64,000 nt of DNA, taken from a bacterium (lineage in GTDB: Bacteria; Patescibacteriota; Microgenomatia; Levybacterales; UBA12049). Positions 19,373-28,416 of this stretch are shown in pieces. The stretch's first letter is position 1; each line of letters starts with the position of its first letter. The position numbers were made by a program, and so were the translations under genes. The notes below the pieces were generated by a model. The model ran no database searches and was not told where the DNA came from. It saw nothing but the letters and a program-made list of their open reading frames with translations. The stretch is taken from contig JAJYWL010000016.1 of the NCBI GenBank assembly GCA_021791545.1, forward strand, positions 155,704-219,703, given 5' to 3'.

Positions 19373-20572
19373 ATGAAAGAAAAATTTCTTTTGAAGAATA
19401 AGGATTATTTAATTCTATTTTTTGGACAAACAGTTTCTAATTTTGGAAGTTCTGTTGATAGTCTTATTTATCCACTTTTGATATTGTTTTTAACTAACTC
19501 CCCTTTCATGGCAGGAGTAGGTTCATTAATAGTTGCCTTACCAACTTTTCTTTTTGGTCTTTTTGCAGGAGCTTGGATTGATAGGACTAACAGAAAAAAA
19601 GTAATGATTTTTTCCGATTTAGGAAGATTTGTGACAACAGGAGCTATTCCTGTTTTTGCTTTCTTGGGTATCTTAAATATTTATACACTTTTACTTTTTG
19701 CATTTCTTGAAGTTTCCTTTGGTACCTTTTTCTCTATTGCCGAAACACCAGCTCTTTTAAAAATTGTAGGTAAGGAAAAATTGACTGTAGCAATGGCACA
19801 GAATGAAACTAGCAATAATATAGTAGGTCTCGTTGGACCCTCAGTTGGAGGTTTTATTTATCAAGGTTTGGGAAAAACAATTCCTTTTATGGTGGATTCA
19901 ATATCTTATCTTGTTTCGGTAATTTCTCTTCTTTTTGTTAAGACAGAGTTCCAGGAAGAGAGATTGGAGCAGACTAATTCAATTAAGGAGCAAATTTTTG
20001 AGGGTTTTATTTGGATCTATAGAAAAAGAATAATATTTGTTACGTCTTTGTTAGTAGTAGGAGGAGCATTTGTAGGTGGGGGAGCAAATCTTGCAATAAT
20101 TTTAATAGCAAAAAGTTTGGGAGCAACTGCAGGAGAAATAGGTTTGATATTTTCGGTAGGTACAATAGGTATTATCTTGGGATCATTAATAACTAATGAG
20201 ATAACCAATAGATTAACGGTTATAAAAGTAATAATTCTTGCCCGATGGATAATGGTTTTGGCAATGCCCTTATTTATAATTGCTTCAAACGTTGGGATTG
20301 TTGGGATAATTACCGCATTATATTTTTTTACAGGACCTTTATATGGGATTCCTCTTTCAAGCTTAAGGGTTTCTCTTACTCCCGATGAGCTTCAGGGAAG
20401 AGTTTCGAGTGTCTATAGATTGGTAACAGTTGGATCTTTTTCGACAGGTGCTTTTATTTCAGGCTTTCTTCTTCAGTATTTGGGAATAAAACCTACAATT
20501 ATTGTTTTTTCTTTAATACTTTTCATTCTTGCCGTTATTGCAACATTTTATCTAAAAGAGGAGGAGATATAA
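19373..20572 (+). CDS. MFS transporter (macrolide-efflux/EntS-like)
   Basis: About 12 TM helices; GAWIDRTNRKKVM and PDELQGRVSS motifs. Confidence 0.9.
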   Translation: MKEKFLLKNKDYLILFFGQTVSNFGSSVDSLIYPLLILFLTNSPFMAGVGSLIVALPTFLFGLFAGAWIDRTNRKKVMIFSDLGRFVTTGAIPVFAFLGILNIYTLLLFAFLEVSFGTFFSIAETPALLKIVGKEKLTVAMAQNETSNNIVGLVGPSVGGFIYQGLGKTIPFMVDSISYLVSVISLLFVKTEFQEERLEQTNSIKEQIFEGFIWIYRKRIIFVTSLLVVGGAFVGGGANLAIILIAKSLGATAGEIGLIFSVGTIGIILGSLITNEITNRLTVIKVIILARWIMVLAMPLFIIASNVGIVGIITALYFFTGPLYGIPLSSLRVSLTPDELQGRVSSVYRLVTVGSFSTGAFISGFLLQYLGIKPTIIVFSLILFILAVIATFYLKEEEI

Positions 20573-20579
20573 TAAAGAT

Positions 20580-20918
20580 ATGGAAGATGAGGAAAAAGAA
20601 CAAAATTTAGGCGGAAAACCACAGACTACATTAACAAAGCTTACTTTGGAGAAAGCTGTGGAGCTTGGAGAATATGATCCTAAGTTTCTGGCAAATTTCC
20701 CTGAATGGCATACATTTAGCAGACATGTACAGTTTGAATATATAAGAAGAGCTCTAGATAACAGGCGAAAACAGCTTTTGACACATTGGGCAGAATTAAA
20801 TAACGTTTTGGATTTTAGAAATAAGCCTGAAGTCTGGGAGGCGCTAAAAAATGTAGAGAAACAGATGCATAATCTTCTCGGAGAAAAAGAAAGACTTTTT
20901 TCCGAATATTCCAAATAG
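20580..20918 (+). CDS. Hypothetical protein
   Basis: 112-aa ORF on the operon strand, upstream of nusA. Confidence 0.7.
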   Translation: MEDEEKEQNLGGKPQTTLTKLTLEKAVELGEYDPKFLANFPEWHTFSRHVQFEYIRRALDNRRKQLLTHWAELNNVLDFRNKPEVWEALKNVEKQMHNLLGEKERLFSEYSK

Positions 20919-20930
20919 TACTCCTGACGG

Positions 20931-20959
20931 TTGAAGCCTGAATTCAAAAATGGTATACT
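20931..20959 (+). promoter_or_regulatory. nusA promoter
   Basis: TTGAAG-17 nt-TATACT, with an extended TG. Confidence 0.65.
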
Positions 20960-20971
20960 TATACCCAACTT

Positions 20972-22186
20972 ATGCCAGCGATACAAAGAAGTGAATTTGC
21001 ACTAGCATTAAATCAGGTCTCTAATGAAAGAGGCATCGACCCGGAAGTGGTTTTGGAAACTGTAAGAAACGCTATCCTTGCAGCTTATAGAAAAGACCAT
21101 CCCGGAGTTGAAGTAGAAGACTACACAGCAGAGCTTGACCCAAATACGGGTGAAGCAAAAATAATTCATGCAGGCGAAGACGTAACTCCTCCGGGTTTTG
21201 GAAGAATAGCAGCACAAACAGCAAAACAGGTAATTCTTCAGAAAATCAGAGAGAAAGAAAAAGAAGCAGTACTTTCCGACTTTAGAATTAGAATGGGACA
21301 GATTGCAAACGGAATGGTATTAAGATTTGCAGGACCTAATGTAATTGTTGATGTCGGAAAGACAGAAGCAATAATGCCCCCTTCCGAACAAATCCAAAAT
21401 GAAAGATATCATTTAAATCAAAGATTGGTAGTTTACCTTTCGCAAATACAAGAAGGTCCTAAAGGAGAGGAAGTAATTGTTTCAAGATCTTCGACAGGAC
21501 TTTTGGAAGGACTATTTAAAAGAGAAGTTCCGGAAGTAGCCCAAGGTGCAGTAGAAATTAAAACAATCGTAAGAGAAGCAGGAAATAGAAGTAAAGTCGC
21601 AGTATATTCTTCTCAGGCAGGAATTGATCCTGTCGGAAGCTGTGTCGGACAAAAGGGAGTAAGAGTTCAGGCAATAATTCAGGAATTCTCCGGAATGGAA
21701 AAAATAGATATTATCCAGTGGCAGGAAAATCCAAAAAATTATATCGCAGCAGCACTTTCTCCTGCAAAAGATTTAAGAGTTGAAATAGACGAAGACGAAA
21801 AAATTGCACATGTTTTTGTCGCAGCAGAAGAACTCTCTTTGGCAATAGGAAAAGACGGACAAAACGTAAGGCTTGCATCCAAACTTACAGGATATAGAAT
21901 CGAAATAGAAGAAAAAGAGGGAGAGGCAAAACCCGCAGAAAAAAAGACAAAAGAAGAACCAAAAGAAGAAGTTAAGGCAGCAGTAGCAGAGGAAGGAAAA
22001 GTAGAAGTTCAGACAAAAACAGTAGAACCTCAGGGAGACGAAGCGACAGTTGAGACAACAGAAGATACTGTCGAAACAACAGATGAAGCAGTAGAAACAC
22101 CGGAAGAGACAGTTGAAACGCCTGAAACAGAAGTTCAGACACCTGAAGAAGACAAGCAGGAGCCCGAAAATCAGGATGAAAAGTAA
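20972..22186 (+). CDS. nusA: Transcription termination factor NusA with acidic tail
   Basis: FGRIAAQTAKQVI, S1 and KH domains, AIGKDGQNVRLA. Confidence 0.97.
   Translation: MPAIQRSEFALALNQVSNERGIDPEVVLETVRNAILAAYRKDHPGVEVEDYTAELDPNTGEAKIIHAGEDVTPPGFGRIAAQTAKQVILQKIREKEKEAVLSDFRIRMGQIANGMVLRFAGPNVIVDVGKTEAIMPPSEQIQNERYHLNQRLVVYLSQIQEGPKGEEVIVSRSSTGLLEGLFKREVPEVAQGAVEIKTIVREAGNRSKVAVYSSQAGIDPVGSCVGQKGVRVQAIIQEFSGMEKIDIIQWQENPKNYIAAALSPAKDLRVEIDEDEKIAHVFVAAEELSLAIGKDGQNVRLASKLTGYRIEIEEKEGEAKPAEKKTKEEPKEEVKAAVAEEGKVEVQTKTVEPQGDEATVETTEDTVETTDEAVETPEETVETPETEVQTPEEDKQEPENQDEK
22046..22150 (+). repeat. Degenerate 21-bp (7-aa, xVETxEx) repeat in the NusA tail
   Basis: TVETTED-TVETTDE-AVETPEE-TVETPET-EVQTPEE. 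Confidence 0.65.
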
Positions 22187-22219
22187 TATGAGAAGGTTTG
22201 ACTTGTCAAAAAATTTAGT

Positions 22220-23668
22220 ATGGCAGAACAGAGAAACGATAATAAGATTTATCCTCCAGTAGTAGCCGTTTTAGGTCATGTTGACCATGGCAAAACCACA
22301 CTCCTAGACGCAATCAGAAAAACAAATATAGCCCAAAGAGAGCATGGCGGAATAACTCAAAAAATTGGAGCATCCGAAATAGAAGTAATGCATGAAAATG
22401 CAAAAAGAATGCTTACTTTTATAGACACTCCCGGTCATGAAGCTTTTTCCCAGATGAGAGGAAGAGGAGCTCAGGCAGCAGACATAGGACTTTTGATAAT
22501 ATCTTCTGTCGACGGAGTAATGCCTCAGACAAGAGAAAGTATAAAACTTCTTAAAGCTTCAAAAGTTCCCTTTATTGTGGTATTCACAAAATCCGATTCA
22601 CCTGAGAAAAATATTGAAAAAGCAAAACAGCAGCTTCTAAAAGAAGAAGTAATGCTTGAGGCCTATGGAGGAGATGTTCCATCAATAGAGGTATCAGCAA
22701 AAACAGGCTCAAACGTAAAAGAATTATTAGACCTTATTCTCCTTGTTTTTGACGTATATAGAGAATCGGGTGAGTATAAATATTCAGAAGAAGCAAATTT
22801 GGAGGCAATAGTAATAGAATCAAGGCTTGATCCAAGATCCGGACCAAGAGCTTCGGTAATAATTAAAAACGGAGTATTAAGCGTAAAAGATGAGATTATT
22901 GCAGAAAATTCCAAAGGTAAAGTAAAAAGTCTCATTTCATCTCTTGGAAAAACTGTTCAAAGCGCAACCGTTGGAGACGCAGTTGAAATTTTGGGATTTG
23001 AAACGGTGCCTCCTGTAGGAAGCGTTGTATTAAGAAAAGATCAGGCAAAAATTGTAGCTAAGGAAGAAGAGGCTAAGGTGAAAGAGCAAAGAGAAGGAGA
23101 AGAAAATTTCCTTTCTATAATCCTTGTTGCAGATACTCAAGGATCTTTGGAGGCAATAATGGCGTCATTACCGGAAAGTATAAATCTCGTCCTTACAAAA
23201 ACGGGAGATATTGAAGCATCAGACGTATTCTTTGCAAAATCTGTCGGTGCTATAGTTTTGGGTTTTAACGTAAAAATAAGGCCTGAGATAGTAAAGCTTG
23301 CAAGAACAGAGAAAATAATTCTTAAAAACTACACAATAATCTATGAAATGATCGACGAAATAAATGATTTCGTTCAGGGAAAACTTGAATCCTTGCAGGA
23401 AGAAATATTAGGAATCGCAAAAGTATTGGCAAGATTTCCTTTTGAAAAGACTGAGGTTCTGGGAATAGGAGTCCAGGAAGGAAGAGTTGCAAAGGGAGAT
23501 AAGGTAAGACTCGTAAGGGGAGAAGAGGTAATAGGTGAAAGTTATATCAATTCAGTAAGACGCGGAAAAGATACGGTTTCAAAAATTGAAGCCGGTGACC
23601 AGGGTGGAGTAATCATAGCCCCTTTCCTTGACTTTACTATAGGAGATATGTTAATATCGCACGGCTAA
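22220..23668 (+). CDS. infB: Translation initiation factor IF-2 (short, no N-terminal domain)
   Basis: [28 protein letters not shown] and DTPGHEAF. Confidence 0.95.
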   Translation: MAEQRNDNKIYPPVVAVLGHVDHGKTTLLDAIRKTNIAQREHGGITQKIGASEIEVMHENAKRMLTFIDTPGHEAFSQMRGRGAQAADIGLLIISSVDGVMPQTRESIKLLKASKVPFIVVFTKSDSPEKNIEKAKQQLLKEEVMLEAYGGDVPSIEVSAKTGSNVKELLDLILLVFDVYRESGEYKYSEEANLEAIVIESRLDPRSGPRASVIIKNGVLSVKDEIIAENSKGKVKSLISSLGKTVQSATVGDAVEILGFETVPPVGSVVLRKDQAKIVAKEEEAKVKEQREGEENFLSIILVADTQGSLEAIMASLPESINLVLTKTGDIEASDVFFAKSVGAIVLGFNVKIRPEIVKLARTEKIILKNYTIIYEMIDEINDFVQGKLESLQEEILGIAKVLARFPFEKTEVLGIGVQEGRVAKGDKVRLVRGEEVIGESYINSVRRGKDTVSKIEAGDQGGVIIAPFLDFTIGDMLISHG

Positions 23669-23698
23669 CCCGACTTGCCCCCAGGTTAGGAGAAATTT

Positions 23699-24652
23699 AT
23701 GGAAAATCTAACCTTTAAACAGATTAAAGAAGCCATTGAGAAAAGCAAAAATATAGGAATTGTAACTCCCGAAGATCCCTCCTTGGATAAAATGGCCGCA
23801 GCACTGGCTTTATACCTTTCTATCTCCCAAGGAGATAAAAGTGTAAGAATTGCTACTCCTAAAAATCCGTTAGTTGAGGTTTCTTCTTTAGTTGGAATTG
23901 ATAAAGTTAAAACAGATTTGGCATCAAGCGAAGGAGACCTAATCGTTTCTTTTCCATATAAAGAAGGAGAAATAGAAAAGGTTTCATATACTTTAGACGA
24001 TGATTTGTTAAACATCGTCGTTAAGGCAGGAGAAAACGGTTTAAACTTTGAAGAAAAAGATGTCAGGTTTACTAGAGGACAAAAAGCTCCTGAACTCTTG
24101 TTCATAATTGGAGCAGCAAGAGTTTCAGAACTCGGAAAACTATTTGATCCTCAAGCCTTAAAAGATACGACAGTAGTAAATATAGATAATCAGCCTGATA
24201 ACCAGGGATATGGAGACCTAATTATGGTTTCAAGTAAATTCTCTTCGGTTTCTGAGGCTATAGCAAACTTGATAGTTTCATTGGGACTTAAGATGGATAT
24301 TGATATAGCACAAAACCTTATGATGGGAATTTCCGACGGAACCGAAAACTTCCAAAATCCAAAGACAACTCCTTTGGCATTTGAAATGGCAGGAATCTTA
24401 ATGAGACAAGGAGCAGTAAGAAGCGGAAAGAAACAGGAACCAAGATCAAGAGATTTGGAAAGTCTTATACAAAGACAACCTCAAGTCGAAGAACCGCAGC
24501 AAGAAGAACCTCAGGTAAGACAAGAACCTGATGTTATGCAAGCTCCTCAAAAACAGGAAGAAGAAAAACAGCAAGTAGAAGAACAGGGAGATAATCCTCC
24601 AGATGACTGGCTTGCTCCGAAGATATATAAGGGTTCCACAGACTTCGAATAA
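23699..24652 (+). CDS. DHH/NrnA-like protein with degenerate motifs
   Basis: DHH-fold spacing (PSLD..AAALAL; NIDNQPDN; SSVSE; DGTENF); conserved position after infB. Confidence 0.7.
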   Translation: MENLTFKQIKEAIEKSKNIGIVTPEDPSLDKMAAALALYLSISQGDKSVRIATPKNPLVEVSSLVGIDKVKTDLASSEGDLIVSFPYKEGEIEKVSYTLDDDLLNIVVKAGENGLNFEEKDVRFTRGQKAPELLFIIGAARVSELGKLFDPQALKDTTVVNIDNQPDNQGYGDLIMVSSKFSSVSEAIANLIVSLGLKMDIDIAQNLMMGISDGTENFQNPKTTPLAFEMAGILMRQGAVRSGKKQEPRSRDLESLIQRQPQVEEPQQEEPQVRQEPDVMQAPQKQEEEKQQVEEQGDNPPDDWLAPKIYKGSTDFE

Positions 24653-24669
24653 CTATTCTTTCTAGACCA

Positions 24670-24698
24670 TTGATATATTTATTTGAAACTGGTATAAT
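24670..24698 (+). promoter_or_regulatory. rpsO-pnp promoter
   Basis: TTGATA-17 nt-TATAAT, with an extended TG. Confidence 0.7.
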
Positions 24699-24743
24699 AC
24701 TCTGAGTTAAAATTTAGAAATAAGGAAAAATTGAATATAAATT

Positions 24744-25013
24744 ATGCCACTTAGCACTTCACAGAAACAAGACATAATTAAAGAATTTCAGACAGCAAAA
24801 GGCGATACCGGTAGCCCGGAGGTTCAGGTTGCATTGCTTACAACAAGAATACAAAAACTTACCGAGCATCTTAAGGGACACGCCCATGATGTCCATTCAA
24901 GAAGAGGTCTTCTTTCAATGATTGCAAAAAGAAGAAGACTCATCAATTTTTTGGAAAAAGTGGATAAGAAAAGATCCTCTGAGATAACGAAAAAGATAGG
25001 ATTAAAAGATTAA
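24744..25013 (+). CDS. rpsO: 30S ribosomal protein S15
   Basis: DTGSPEVQVALLT...HSRRGLL. Confidence 0.98.
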   Translation: MPLSTSQKQDIIKEFQTAKGDTGSPEVQVALLTTRIQKLTEHLKGHAHDVHSRRGLLSMIAKRRRLINFLEKVDKKRSSEITKKIGLKD

Positions 25014-25018
25014 ATTAA

Positions 25019-27268
25019 ATGAAACAAACCTCAGTTAGTACAGATTTTGCAGGTAAGAAATTAACCTTCGAAACCGGAGAACTTGCAGTACAGGCAACTT
25101 CTTCAGTTTTAGCAAGAATAGGCGATACAGTCGTTTTGGTTACTGTCGTGGAAGGCGGCAAGACCGAACTTGATTACTTCCCTCTTTCGGTTGAATATGG
25201 AGAAAGACTTTATGCAGGAGGAAAAATCAAAGGTTCAAGATGGGTTAAAAGAGAAGGAAGACCATCGGACGAAGCAATTCTCGCAGGAAGATTGATAGAT
25301 AGGTCAATAAGACCTTTATTCCCCAAGACATTCAAAAATGAAGTTCAGGTAATAGTAACAGTTCTTTCTGTAGACGGAGAAAATGAGCCCGATATCTTGG
25401 CACTCAATGCAGTTTCCGCAGCACTGGCTATTTCAAGAATCCCATGGAACGGACCAATAGGTGCAATAAGAATGGGTCATGTAAAAGAAAACGGAAGTGC
25501 AGAAGAATATCTTTTTAACCCCACAACAACAGAAGCACAACTTTCAGACTTAGACTTAGTAGTCTCCCAGACAAAAGATAAAACAGACATGATAGAAGCA
25601 GGAGCCTTGCAGGTTTCTGAAGACGTAATGGCAACCGCAGTAGAAAAAGCGCACACAGAAACACAAAAAGTCATTGCTCTTATTGAAGACTTTGTTAAGC
25701 AAGCAGGTCAGCAAAAATTGGAAACTTCGGAAGATCCTGCAGTTCATAGCGCAGTAGCATTAATAGAAAAATCATATAAAGAAGAAGTTAAGACTTTACT
25801 CGAGGGAAGAGTAAATAAAGAATCGGGCGGAGACGATACGGCAGAATTGGTAAATAAAATCTATGAAGATTTCAAAGTAGGAAATCCAGGAAGCGAACTT
25901 GATAAGAAAGTAATTATCCAGGCAATAGATAAAGTAATGTATAAGATGATAAGGTCCAATGTTTTGGATAAGAAACAAAGACCTGACGGAAGAAAGGTTG
26001 ATGAAATAAGACCAATCACGGCAAAAGTAGGAATCCTTCCAAGAACACACGGTTCGGCTTTATTCCAAAGAGGAATAACACAAGCTCTTTCAATCGTAAC
26101 TTTGGGTTCTCCAAGAATGGAACTTTTGATTGAATCCGCAGAAGGAGAAGAGACAAAAAGATATATCCATCATTATTCAGGACTTCCATATTCTTTCGGA
26201 CAAACAGGAAGAGTGGGAACACCTTCAAGAAGAGAAATAGGACATGGTGCACTTGCCGAAAGAGCACTTATGGCAGTAATACCAAGTCAGGAAGAATTCC
26301 CTTACACGATAAGAGTCGTATCCGAAGTTCTTTCGCAAAACGGATCTTCGTCAATGGCATCAACTTGCGGTTCAACACTCGCATTAATGGATGCTGGTGT
26401 ACCAATTAAAAAACCTGTTGCAGGAATTTCTGTAGGAATGATGTCGGATGAAACAAAATATGAACTTCTTACAGACATAATCGGTCTTGAGGATTTCTCC
26501 GGAGATATGGATTTCAAGGTTGCAGGAACAGACACGGGAATAACAGCAATACAGCTTGACGTTAAAATCCCGGGACTTACAGACGAACAGGTAAAGGCAA
26601 TCTTACAAAGAGCAAAAGAAGCAAGACTTCAGATATTGGAGAAAATGCTTTCGGTAATGCCTGAATCCAGGGCAAAACTTTCTCAGTATGCACCAAAGAT
26701 TGAAATGGTCAAAATCCCTACGGATAAAATAGGTGAACTTATCGGACCCGGCGGAAAGACAATAAAAAACATTATTGCAACAACAGGAGCAACTGTTGAT
26801 GTAGAGGATGACGGATCTGTAGCAATTTCGGGAACAGAAGACGAGGCAGTACAAAAAGCACTTGATTGGGTAAAAAGCTTAACAAGAGAAGTAACAGTCG
26901 GCGAATCTTTCGAAGGAGAAGTTAAAAGAATTCTTCCATTCGGAGCATTCGTAGAATTCCTTCCAGGAAAAGAAGGAATGGTCCACGTTTCAAAAATGTC
27001 CAAAGAATTCGTCAAAGATCCAAATGATGTCGTTCAGATAGGACAAAAAGTAAACGTAAGAGTAGTAGAGATAGACGAACAGGGAAGAATAAATCTTTCT
27101 ATGTTAAGTGAAGAGGATGAAAAAGAAGGAAGAGCGCAAAGAAGAGAAGAAGGTCAGCAACCAAGAAGAGACCACCCATTATCAATGCAATTAAGAAGAG
27201 AAAGAGGAAATGACAGAAACGATTGGAGAGGCGGAAATAAGCCTCCCTTCAAGAGAAACCGCTATTAA
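25019..27268 (+). CDS. pnp: Polyribonucleotide nucleotidyltransferase
   Basis: RREIGHGALAERAL and GDMDFKVAGT; KH and S1 domains. Confidence 0.98.
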   Translation: MKQTSVSTDFAGKKLTFETGELAVQATSSVLARIGDTVVLVTVVEGGKTELDYFPLSVEYGERLYAGGKIKGSRWVKREGRPSDEAILAGRLIDRSIRPLFPKTFKNEVQVIVTVLSVDGENEPDILALNAVSAALAISRIPWNGPIGAIRMGHVKENGSAEEYLFNPTTTEAQLSDLDLVVSQTKDKTDMIEAGALQVSEDVMATAVEKAHTETQKVIALIEDFVKQAGQQKLETSEDPAVHSAVALIEKSYKEEVKTLLEGRVNKESGGDDTAELVNKIYEDFKVGNPGSELDKKVIIQAIDKVMYKMIRSNVLDKKQRPDGRKVDEIRPITAKVGILPRTHGSALFQRGITQALSIVTLGSPRMELLIESAEGEETKRYIHHYSGLPYSFGQTGRVGTPSRREIGHGALAERALMAVIPSQEEFPYTIRVVSEVLSQNGSSSMASTCGSTLALMDAGVPIKKPVAGISVGMMSDETKYELLTDIIGLEDFSGDMDFKVAGTDTGITAIQLDVKIPGLTDEQVKAILQRAKEARLQILEKMLSVMPESRAKLSQYAPKIEMVKIPTDKIGELIGPGGKTIKNIIATTGATVDVEDDGSVAISGTEDEAVQKALDWVKSLTREVTVGESFEGEVKRILPFGAFVEFLPGKEGMVHVSKMSKEFVKDPNDVVQIGQKVNVRVVEIDEQGRINLSMLSEEDEKEGRAQRREEGQQPRRDHPLSMQLRRERGNDRNDWRGGNKPPFKRNRY

Positions 27269-27276
27269 ATTCAACC

Positions 27277-27303
27277 GAAGATCCAATAGGATATCTTCTT
27301 TTT
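27277..27303 (+). terminator. Possible terminator after pnp
   Basis: Imperfect GAAGATCC-AATA-GGATATCTTC hairpin plus a T-tract. Confidence 0.45.
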
Positions 27304-27348
27304 GTAACTTAACAATCTTAATAGTAGAAAATTTGGTATTATAAATGT

Positions 27349-28416
27349 ATGGATTCTAATCTGCCCATGGATGCGCAAATCCAAAAACTAAGTGAAAAAA
27401 TAAAAACAGCTCAGCTTCCAATAGATTTGGCGGAAAAAGTAAATGACATGCTTTTACTTCTTCAGACAAGCTTAAAATCCGGAGCAGGAACTTTTACAGA
27501 TTATGAGAACATCTCAAATTATATAAATCTTATTACTTCACTTCCTTTTAACACCGAAACTTCGGATTCTCTGGATCTAAATAATGTAAAAATGACTTTG
27601 GATAAAAACCACTATGGTTTAAATACCGTGAAGAATGAAATTTTGGAATATCTTTCTTCACTTATTCTTAATCTAAATAAAAATAAAGATAATTCAATGG
27701 TAAAAGCACCAATACTTTGTCTTGTAGGTCTGGTCGGAACAGGAAAAACAACTCTTGCTTCTTCTGTTGCCGAAGCACTCGGAAGAAAGTATGAGAGGAT
27801 TCCTTTTGGAGGAATGGGAGACTCCTTAACCTTAAGAGGACAATCAAGAGCCTATCCCGATGCAGAGCCGGGAGAAATAATAAAGAAATTATTACATGCT
27901 AAAAGTAAAAATCCGGTAATCTTACTTGATGAACTGGATAGAGTAGATGATAAAGCAAGGGCAGATATAATGGGTGTTTTGGTAGAGCTTTTGGATAGCG
28001 AACAGAATAAAGGTTTTACCGATCATTATGTTGATTATCCTTTTGATTTATCTCATGTTTTGTTTATTGCTACGGCAAATAACACGACAAATATTTCTAC
28101 TGCAGTATTAGATAGGCTTGAGATTATACAGATGCCTTCGTATACGGACGAGGAGAAGAAGATAATTGCCAAAGATTACCTTTTCCCCAAGATTCTTAAA
28201 GATTCGGGTCTTAACCCGGGACAGGTTGTAATAGATGAAAATCTATGGCCTAATATTATTAGACCTTTAGGTTATGATTCAGGAACGAGAAGTCTTGAAA
28301 GAACAATTGAGGGAATTTGTAGAAGAGTTGCCCGAATGGCGGTTGAGGGAAAAATTCAACAAAACGGGGTAGTTGCAATAAACGCCCAAAATATAAGAGA
28401 ATTTATATCAGTATGA
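27349..28416 (+). CDS. Lon-type AAA+ ATPase lacking the N-terminal and protease domains
   Basis: LDKNHYGL, GLVGTGKT, ILLDELD, FTDHY, FIATAN, LDRLE and GTRSLER; ends after the alpha domain. Confidence 0.88.
   Translation: MDSNLPMDAQIQKLSEKIKTAQLPIDLAEKVNDMLLLLQTSLKSGAGTFTDYENISNYINLITSLPFNTETSDSLDLNNVKMTLDKNHYGLNTVKNEILEYLSSLILNLNKNKDNSMVKAPILCLVGLVGTGKTTLASSVAEALGRKYERIPFGGMGDSLTLRGQSRAYPDAEPGEIIKKLLHAKSKNPVILLDELDRVDDKARADIMGVLVELLDSEQNKGFTDHYVDYPFDLSHVLFIATANNTTNISTAVLDRLEIIQMPSYTDEEKKIIAKDYLFPKILKDSGLNPGQVVIDENLWPNIIRPLGYDSGTRSLERTIEGICRRVARMAVEGKIQQNGVVAINAQNIREFISV

Noticed and set aside
22197-22210. Palindrome TTTGAC-TT-GTCAAA before infB
   Set aside because: Short, AT-rich and a single occurrence; insufficient support for a function
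27349-28416. Lon pseudogene or frameshift
   Set aside because: The ATPase motifs are intact, it has its own promoter, and the stop is coupled to rnj with no protease remnant downstream
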